The translations under genes were made by a program, and so were the position numbers. From a bacterium (GTDB taxonomy: Bacteria; UBP7; UBA6624): a stretch of DNA of 32,000 nucleotides. Location of the stretch: positions 1 through 32,000 of the forward strand of contig PBAU01000010.1 in assembly GCA_002716355.1 (NCBI GenBank). Direction: 5' to 3'. Shown here in pieces: positions 26,079 through 32,000 of the stretch (position 1 is its first letter; each line of letters starts with the position of its first letter). Below the pieces are notes generated by a model. The model made no database searches. It was not told the origin of the DNA and worked only from the letters and a program-made list of their open reading frames with translations.

Positions 26079-26987
26079 TTACCCCTCTTTACCCATACCA
26101 AATTGCAAATAATTAACCTTAGGTCTATTGTCCTCCCTAGGAATCATATTAAATAAAATTTTTCCAGGACCAACGTCAACCCAAGAATCAAAACTAAACC
26201 TGGAAAGCTCCTTTAAATTTTGCACCCATCTGACAGCTCCTTCAATTTGGTTTATCAAATTATCTTTAATAGAAGAAGGATTGTCTTCATGCATGCAGCC
26301 AGTGAAATTCGAAGCGACTGGCCATGCTGAAGATTTAAATTCAACATCTTTCATAAAATGTTTCATTCTTTCCTTTGCCTCTTTCATTAAAGGAGAATGA
26401 AAAGGTGCTGAAACCTTAAGTTCAACGGCTTTTAGATATCCAAAATCCCTTGCTGTCTCAACGGCTCTTTTTATAGCCTGCATATCACCCGAAAGCACAG
26501 TTTGTTTTTGAGTATTAAAATTAGCAGGGACAAGACAAAAATCACCCTTGCAAGCCTCAAGTAAATCATCAAGATTACCAGAGCCAAGAAGAGCAACCAT
26601 TCCACCTTGACCTTCTTTGACAGCCTCCTGCATTGCTTTTCCTCTTTCCCTCACAAGCCTTAACCCATTCTCATAAGATATTACACCTGATGAAACCAAG
26701 GCTGTATACTCACCTAAAGAATGTCCTGCTGCTGCAACAGGGCTCAACTCATAAATATTTACCAAATATTTATGGGCTGCATAACCGACTGCCAAAAGAG
26801 CCGGTTGAGCGTTTTCAGTTAAGGTTAAATCATCCATAGGCCCTTCAAAAATTAATTTTGAAAGATTGAACCCTAAAATTTGATCAGCTTCATAAATAAG
26901 CTTAATTGATTCTTCACTACCTTTCAAAAAATCAGCCATACCGACTTTTTGAGCACCTTGACCAGGGTACAAAAAGCAATAACTCAT
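26079..26987 (-). CDS. fabD: Malonyl-CoA:ACP transacylase
   Basis: FLYPGQGAQKVGM and GHSLGEYTAL. The ATG at 26987 forms an ATGA overlap with the fabH stop. The longer track ORF to 27056 would run inside fabH. Confidence 0.92.
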   Translation of the reverse strand: MSYCFLYPGQGAQKVGMADFLKGSEESIKLIYEADQILGFNLSKLIFEGPMDDLTLTENAQPALLAVGYAAHKYLVNIYELSPVAAAGHSLGEYTALVSSGVISYENGLRLVRERGKAMQEAVKEGQGGMVALLGSGNLDDLLEACKGDFCLVPANFNTQKQTVLSGDMQAIKRAVETARDFGYLKAVELKVSAPFHSPLMKEAKERMKHFMKDVEFKSSAWPVASNFTGCMHEDNPSSIKDNLINQIEGAVRWVQNLKELSRFSFDSWVDVGPGKILFNMIPREDNRPKVNYLQFGMGKEG

Positions 26988-27973
26988 ATCTTTTTCCATT
27001 TGATCAAGACAGAACCCCATGCAAAACCTGCACCAAAGCTTGTCATCAAAACCCAATCCCCATCCTTAAGCATATTCTTATTGTTTGCATCTTCAGCCAA
27101 TATAGGAATTGTTCCATTTGTAGTATTGGCATATTTGTCAATATTAATAGGACATTTACTTTTATCAAGTTTTAACCTTTTTGCAATCGCCTCAATCATG
27201 ACCCCATTTGCCTGATGAAAGAGATGACAACCTATATCAGAAGGATCAAGAGAATTCTTTTCGCAAATATCCTTAACCATTTGAACAAATCTTCTTATCC
27301 CAACTTTATAAACCTTGCTTCCATCCATCCTTACAAAGTGCTCTTTCTTGCTTACTGTTTCTTTTGTTGCGGGGCTTATGGAACCTCCAGAAGGCATATA
27401 TAAATATTTACCACCAGAACCATCAGAACCCAACAAAACATCATGGACACCGTAGTCACCCTCTTCACCTTCCAGCAAAACAGCTCCTGCCCCATCACCA
27501 AAAAGAACAGCTGTTGAACGGTCCTCCATGTCAAGTATAGAACTCATGATGTCACCACCACAAACCAGTATTTTTTTATGAAGTCCAGAAGATATCATTC
27601 CGGAAGCCATTGAAACACCGTAAACAAAACCAGGACATGCATTCACTAAGTCAAAAGCACCTGCATTAACAGCTCCAAGTTTATCTTGAACCAAATTAGC
27701 TGTATTTGGAAACATCATATCTGGAGTAACAGTTGCAACAATTATTAAATCTAATTCCTCAGCCGACACGCCCCTTTTCTTCAAAGCCTTTTCAGCAGCG
27801 CTTACACAATACTTACTTAAACCTTCACCTTTGTCTGCAAATCTTCTTTCTCCAATCATTGATCTTTCTCTTATCCATTCGTCACTAGTGTCCATAACTT
27901 TAGACAAATCATCATTTGTGTAAACTTTATCAGGAACAGATGTCCCAATCGATGTGATAACAGCTCTAATCAT
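26984..27973 (-). CDS. fabH: 3-oxoacyl-ACP synthase III
   Basis: NACPGFVYG (active Cys), HQAN and GNTTNG-like NTTNGT motifs. The ATG at 27973 has GGAG 8 nt upstream. An alternative ATG lies at 27985. Confidence 0.92.
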   Translation of the reverse strand: MIRAVITSIGTSVPDKVYTNDDLSKVMDTSDEWIRERSMIGERRFADKGEGLSKYCVSAAEKALKKRGVSAEELDLIIVATVTPDMMFPNTANLVQDKLGAVNAGAFDLVNACPGFVYGVSMASGMISSGLHKKILVCGGDIMSSILDMEDRSTAVLFGDGAGAVLLEGEEGDYGVHDVLLGSDGSGGKYLYMPSGGSISPATKETVSKKEHFVRMDGSKVYKVGIRRFVQMVKDICEKNSLDPSDIGCHLFHQANGVMIEAIAKRLKLDKSKCPINIDKYANTTNGTIPILAEDANNKNMLKDGDWVLMTSFGAGFAWGSVLIKWKKI

Positions 27974-28958
27974 TTTTTTCTCCATTTTGTCTCATTATTA
28001 AATTTTTCATATGTTTGATTGCATTAAAAATCGCCTTTGGATTTGAAGAGCCATGACATATGAAAAAAGGTTTCTTCAAGCCAAGCAACGGCGCTCCTCC
28101 ATACTCAGAATAATCCAATCTTTTTTTAACACTTTTTAATGATTTTTTTATTCCACCTTTAGCCAAGGGTATAAAAATATTACTTCTTGCAGATTCCTTA
28201 AGCCCTGAAGCAAGCATTTCCATCAAAGAAACAGCTATACCTTCAGCAAATTTCAAAATAACATTTCCTACAAAACCATCACAAACAACAACATTTATCT
28301 CTTTACCCTGACCTCCAACCTGTCTCCCTTCAATGTTTCCTACAAAATTAAACAATCCTTCTGATGACGCTTCATCCATCAGGTCGTAAGCTTTTATGGA
28401 CTCCCTATCACCCTTGCCTTTTTCAGATCCAATATTTAACAATCCAACTGTTGGATTTTTTTTACCTGACCAAAAACTATAAAACTCACTGCCTAACTTC
28501 GCAAACATTAAAAGATCTTCTGCTTTTGTGTCTACATTTGCACCAACATCAAGCAAAAAAACTGGATTTTCACTTGTGGGTATAAATGTTCCTAAAACTG
28601 GTTTTCTGACATCTTTCCTCTTGAGGTACTTGGAAGCAGCAACAACAGAGGCTCCTGAATGACCTGCTGAAATTGTCCCATGCGAAAGGTCATCTCCAGA
28701 AAATTTAGTCGCAAGCCCTAATGAGGTCATTTTTAACTTCTTAAGAAAAGAGATAGGTTTTTCACTCATGCTAACCTCCTCTTCTGTGTGTTTAATAGTT
28801 ATGTGTCCAGCCTTTCTGTTGTTTAAAAGTTTATTGATTTTTGTTTCATCACCAAATAAAACTAAATTGACATTAAGTTCAGATGCCAATAAAGCACCTT
28901 CAACTATAGACTCAGGTGCATCATCTCCACCCATGGCATCCAAAGATATAGTTATCAC
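27966..28958 (-). CDS. plsX: Phosphate acyltransferase
   Basis: MITISLDAMGGDDAP N-terminus, VVCDGFVGNVILK and HGSSN motifs. Confidence 0.92.
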   Translation of the reverse strand: MITISLDAMGGDDAPESIVEGALLASELNVNLVLFGDETKINKLLNNRKAGHITIKHTEEEVSMSEKPISFLKKLKMTSLGLATKFSGDDLSHGTISAGHSGASVVAASKYLKRKDVRKPVLGTFIPTSENPVFLLDVGANVDTKAEDLLMFAKLGSEFYSFWSGKKNPTVGLLNIGSEKGKGDRESIKAYDLMDEASSEGLFNFVGNIEGRQVGGQGKEINVVVCDGFVGNVILKFAEGIAVSLMEMLASGLKESARSNIFIPLAKGGIKKSLKSVKKRLDYSEYGGAPLLGLKKPFFICHGSSNPKAIFNAIKHMKNLIMRQNGEKND

Positions 28959-29005
28959 TAGAAACCTTATTTTAAACTAATGGTGGCAATAAGAGAATGT
29001 AAACC

Positions 29006-29479
29006 TTACGAGGAAGAGTTTGGGCTAAAAGGAAGAGAAGAATGGTGAATGTCAATTTTTAAACTTCCATCAACAAGCTTATAGCCAAACGTATACTCCA
29101 CCTTAACCTCAACACCTTCCAAACTAGTAAAAAAATAATTCCCCATTGCGATAGCTCTGTCTTCCTCCAGGATAAAACTTAAATTTTGAAATCTTATATT
29201 ACTCCAGGGCTCTAATGCAAACCCTTTGTCCTCGGCACAGTGCTTGTTTTCACCTGCGATGAAATAAGAAAGTGCTTGTAATTTTGTGGTTCTAAACTGC
29301 TCTTCTGCACATTTTGTAGGCTTAAACAACAAGGGGCCTAATTCAAAAGCGTATCTTTTATCTAAAAATTCATTTGCAAAAGATTCACATTCCAACCTGC
29401 TCTCTTTTAATGAGCCGATCTTTATTACGCCTTCTGCCCATTTGCTTTGAGCATCTAATACCTGATCTTTACTAATCAT
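29006..29479 (-). CDS. Hypothetical protein, probably NTF2/SnoaL-like fold
   Basis: 157 aa. The W..G pattern near the N-terminus and a C-terminal GSLKIDIHHSSLP resemble NTF2-like/CaMKII-association-type domains. The fold call is weak. Confidence 0.4.
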   Translation of the reverse strand: MISKDQVLDAQSKWAEGVIKIGSLKESRLECESFANEFLDKRYAFELGPLLFKPTKCAEEQFRTTKLQALSYFIAGENKHCAEDKGFALEPWSNIRFQNLSFILEEDRAIAMGNYFFTSLEGVEVKVEYTFGYKLVDGSLKIDIHHSSLPFSPNSSS

Positions 29480-29486
29480 AATTCAA

Positions 29487-29558
29487 CAGCCCGTAGGGGA
29501 ATCGAACCCCTATTTCCACCTTGAGAGGGTGGCGTCCTATCCGTTAGACGAACGGGCC
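29487..29558 (-). tRNA. tRNA-Glu (anticodon CUC)
   Basis: The reverse complement GGCCCGTTCGTCTAACGGATAGGACGCCACCCTCTCAAGGTGGAAATAGGGGTTCGATTCCCCTACGGGCTG folds as a cloverleaf. Acceptor is 7 bp (G1-U72 wobble), D stem GTCT/GGAC, anticodon stem CCACC/GGTGG with loop CTCTCAA, T arm AGGGG-TTCGATT-CCCCT. No CCA is encoded. It is similar in layout to E. coli tRNA-Glu. Confidence 0.9.
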
Positions 29559-29604
29559 TAAACAATGCAAACAAAACACAAAACCAATATTATGATTGTT
29601 TACT

Positions 29605-30876
29605 ATGTCTAAAAATTCTAAAAGATACAGCAAAGAATCTAGATTAATTCATGGCGAAATGAAAACATCAGTATGGGATTATTCTCATAATGTTGTACCA
29701 CCGCTATCATCAAACAGTACATTCAGGCTCGATTCAAGCGAAAGAGGCTCAATGGGTTTTGAAGAATACGCAAATAACAAAAACAATAAGCCAATCTATA
29801 TCTACGACAGGCTAGAAGAGCCAACAACCATGATGCTTGAACAAAGACTTGCTGAAGCAGAAGGTGGAGACCAAGCTCTTACGTTTGCAAGCGGCATGGC
29901 TGCAATATCAACAACATTACTTGCATTGATAAAATCAGGACAAAGAATCATTACTCATCACATACTTTACGGATGTACCGACTCTTTGCTGAGAGACAGT
30001 TTTGCAGATTTAAAAATAGATGTCACAAGGGTCAATATGTGCAACATAAAAGAAATCCAAAAAAACATAACAAAGGAAACAAGGATAATATATCTAGAAA
30101 CTCCTTTAAACCCTACTCTTGAAATGATGGATATACCATCAATATCATCAATTGTTAAAAAAGAAAATGCCAAAAGGGATGGTGGAAACAAAATTTACCT
30201 AATAGTTGATAACACTTTCATGACACCTTGGGGACAAAGGCCAATCCATCATGGAGCAGATATTGTTGTGCATAGTCTCACAAAGGCAATTGGAGGATAT
30301 GGAACAGATACAGCTGGAGCAGCTATTGTTCCAAATGAAATCTATTCCAAATTACAAATTAAAAGAAAAGATTTCGGAGGAATGCTTAGTTCAAGATCAG
30401 CATGGAGTATTCTTACTTATGGAATTCCAACACTTCCATTAAGAGTGAAAAAACAGCAAGAAAGCGCTAAGAAAATTGCAGAATATCTCGAATCACACCC
30501 TAAGGTTAAGAATGTAAAATGGCCAGGGTTAAGGAGTTTCAAGGGTCAAAAAATCGCAAAAAAACAAATGCAAGATCCTGAAGGCAACTTCTTTCCAGGA
30601 TTTATGATTTATTTTGAAATCAAAAGCAATAAGCAAAACATAGGTTCAAAATTCGTAAACTTTATAGCAAAAAATTCATACTCAATAACATTGGCAGTTT
30701 CACTAGGCAACATAAAAACGCTTATAGAGTGTCCATTCTCGATGACTCATTCAGTAATACCTGAAGAAGAAAAGCTAGAAAATAACCTTGATCAAAATGG
30801 AATTAGATTATCTGTAGGGTTGGAATCTCCTGAAGATTTAAAAAAAGATCTTGAAGCTGCTTTTAGTTCAATATAA
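29605..30876 (+). CDS. Cys/Met-metabolism PLP-dependent enzyme (methionine gamma-lyase / O-acylhomoserine sulfhydrylase / cystathionine synthase family)
   Basis: FASGMAAI, DNTF, and HSLTKAIGG (PLP lysine), with a C-terminal RLSVGLE motif. The ATG at 29605 is preferred over the in-frame TTG at 29596. Confidence 0.85.
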   Translation: MSKNSKRYSKESRLIHGEMKTSVWDYSHNVVPPLSSNSTFRLDSSERGSMGFEEYANNKNNKPIYIYDRLEEPTTMMLEQRLAEAEGGDQALTFASGMAAISTTLLALIKSGQRIITHHILYGCTDSLLRDSFADLKIDVTRVNMCNIKEIQKNITKETRIIYLETPLNPTLEMMDIPSISSIVKKENAKRDGGNKIYLIVDNTFMTPWGQRPIHHGADIVVHSLTKAIGGYGTDTAGAAIVPNEIYSKLQIKRKDFGGMLSSRSAWSILTYGIPTLPLRVKKQQESAKKIAEYLESHPKVKNVKWPGLRSFKGQKIAKKQMQDPEGNFFPGFMIYFEIKSNKQNIGSKFVNFIAKNSYSITLAVSLGNIKTLIECPFSMTHSVIPEEEKLENNLDQNGIRLSVGLESPEDLKKDLEAAFSSI

Positions 30877-30927
30877 AAAAACCCTTGGTTAGCATATTTA
30901 TATGCTAGACTTTAAACTGGGTTTTTT
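30875..30927 (+). terminator. Putative intrinsic (bidirectional-looking) terminator
   Basis: The outer pairing AAAAAAACCC (30875-30884) with GGGTTTTTT (30919-30927) encloses a perfect 8-bp inverted repeat, tagcatat-tt-atatgcta (30890-30907). A T-run follows the 3' arm. Confidence 0.5.
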
Positions 30928-30930
30928 ATT

Positions 30931-31680
30931 ATGCTAGGTGATTTTTTAGTCGAGCAAAAATTAATTTCTTCAGCGCAACTGTCGGAAGTTTTATCTGAGC
31001 TACCGAGATCCGGAAGAAAAATTGGACAACTTTTAATTGAAAAAGGCTATGTCGAGGAAAAAAAACTAAAAGAAGCCTTAGAGGTTCTGTTAAACCAAAA
31101 AAATGTTGATATCTACGAAGGAGACACAACTCTTTTAGATAAAAACGGGGTTGTCATAACCAGGACAAGGATTCTCAACAGAGGAAAAACATATCCTGTT
31201 AAACCAACGAGCAGTGCTAGAAGGACTCAAAAAAACTACAAAAGAATACATCAGTCCCCGGACTCATCAAAAGGTGGAATCATGATTGCATGTGGACTTT
31301 TAACCGCAATAGCTGGAATGCTTTTAGGGCCCTCAGCCCAAGATGGACAAGCTTCATTACCTATAATTGCCTGGATCGGATTAAGCTTATGCCTTCTTGG
31401 AATAATCACCTATCGAAAAAAGGTTGTTACCACTTATACAAGGCATTATTTGGAACTTTTTGAACATGGCTTAACAGGTGTTAGAGTTTTTAAAGATTCT
31501 CAGCCAGAATTCATAGATGAAGCAGTTGCTGTAATAAACAAAAATATTGCCTCTTTTGAAAATTGGGAAGACAGAAAAGAGCAGTATAAGGTAAGCACAA
31601 AAGATTTAGAAAGAGCAAGAGTGGAAATGAACAAACTAAGAGAATCCAGAGGCCAAAAACCTATTGACCATCAAGATTAG
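30931..31680 (+). CDS. Membrane protein with an N-terminal MshEN/T2SSE_N-like tandem motif and two central TM helices
   Basis: Residues 1-53 form two 24-residue LG..L(I/V)..(G/K)(L/Y)(I/V)....L...L repeats separated by a 5-residue spacer (PRSGR). TM helices are GGIMIACGLLTAIAGMLLG and LPIIAWIGLSLCLLGIITY. The C-terminal tail is charged. Confidence 0.6.
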   Translation: MLGDFLVEQKLISSAQLSEVLSELPRSGRKIGQLLIEKGYVEEKKLKEALEVLLNQKNVDIYEGDTTLLDKNGVVITRTRILNRGKTYPVKPTSSARRTQKNYKRIHQSPDSSKGGIMIACGLLTAIAGMLLGPSAQDGQASLPIIAWIGLSLCLLGIITYRKKVVTTYTRHYLELFEHGLTGVRVFKDSQPEFIDEAVAVINKNIASFENWEDRKEQYKVSTKDLERARVEMNKLRESRGQKPIDHQD

Positions 31681-32000
31681 TTTAACAATACCGAAAAATC
31701 CAAAAGCCAGCTAAAGAACCTTTTTAGCAAATTCCATATAAACAACAAAGATGCTATTGGCAAAATTATTGCATCTAGTAAAAAAATAGCAGCTAAAAGC
31801 ATGGTGTGTTTCACTATCTGGGAAGAATACTCTTGCCAAAAAGATGCATCATGACTTTTGAACCAAGTTGAAATCTGGTTATATTTTTCAATTGGATCTG
31901 CTGTTGAATTGTAAACTTCGCTTAATCCATTTAACTCTTGGACCTTGGTATCTAAAACCTCTTGTGAACTTAGAAGACTTCCCTCAGTCAAAGTATTAGA
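31677..32000 (-). CDS. Hypothetical membrane protein, 5'-partial at the window edge
   Basis: The frame is open from 32000. The track's M at 31991 is a TTG. C-terminal TM segment MLLAAIFLLDAIILPIASLLFIW. Its stop overlaps the convergent gene's stop. Confidence 0.45.
   Translation of the reverse strand, partial: SNTLTEGSLLSSQEVLDTKVQELNGLSEVYNSTADPIEKYNQISTWFKSHDASFWQEYSSQIVKHTMLLAAIFLLDAIILPIASLLFIWNLLKRFFSWLLDFSVLLN

Noticed and set aside
26988-27056. N-terminal extension of fabD running into fabH
   Set aside because: The ATG at 26987 yields MSYCFLYPGQGAQ, the conserved FabD N-terminus, and forms the ATGA junction with the fabH stop that is typical of this window.
29480-29600. tRNA-adjacent genomic island or integrated element
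   Set aside because: No integrase, recombinase or direct repeat of the tRNA 3' end occurs on either side. The neighbours are housekeeping genes (plsX cluster, PLP enzyme).
29559-29604. SAM or T-box riboswitch upstream of the Cys/Met-family PLP gene
   Set aside because: Only about 45 nt separate the tRNA from the start codon. That is far too short for either riboswitch class, and no conserved riboswitch core is visible.

Overview
This window is visibly AT-rich and very gene-dense. It looks like chromosomal DNA from a streamlined, probably uncultured bacterium, but I cannot assign a taxon from sequence alone. The standard code fits. I support about 36 CDS and one tRNA-Glu. I see no rRNA, CRISPR array, transposase, integrase or phage genes. 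Almost all genes touch or overlap, often as ATGA or TTGA junctions, and several use TTG starts.

Gene layout:
- 1-2225 (+): a perfect 27-nt coding tandem repeat, then a DUF4399-like/S41 peptidase and an Old Yellow Enzyme flavoreductase.
- 12774 down to 2234 (-): one unbroken 11-gene train. Order is csaB-like pyruvyl transferase, TagA/WecG glycosyltransferase, FtsX-like protein, active M23 EnvC-like peptidase, Ctp protease, sdhCDAB, an orphan acidic secreted protein, and an ABC-2 exporter.
- 12805-14931 (+): LapA-like protein, trxB and a PLP-dependent Ser/Thr dehydratase.
- 15571-21072 (+): four translationally coupled genes. These are a histidine/aromatic ammonia-lyase with Ala-Cys-Gly in place of the MIO-forming Ala-Ser-Gly, a divergent acyl-CoA dehydrogenase (ACAD), a PlsC-type acyltransferase and an Aas-like acyl-AMP ligase.
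- 28958 down to 21203 (-), convergent on the above: plsX-fabH-fabD-fabG-fabF fused without gaps to acd-etfB-etfA, with no acpP.
- 29006-32000: an NTF2-like protein, tRNA-Glu(CUC), a Cys/Met-family PLP enzyme, an MshEN-like/2-TM protein and a partial membrane ORF.

The best candidate for an undescribed system is the lipid island at 15.5-29 kb. It combines the ammonia-lyase/ACAD/split-Aas cassette with the FAS-ACAD-ETF operon. All functional readings come from motif recognition by eye and need HMM or BLAST confirmation.
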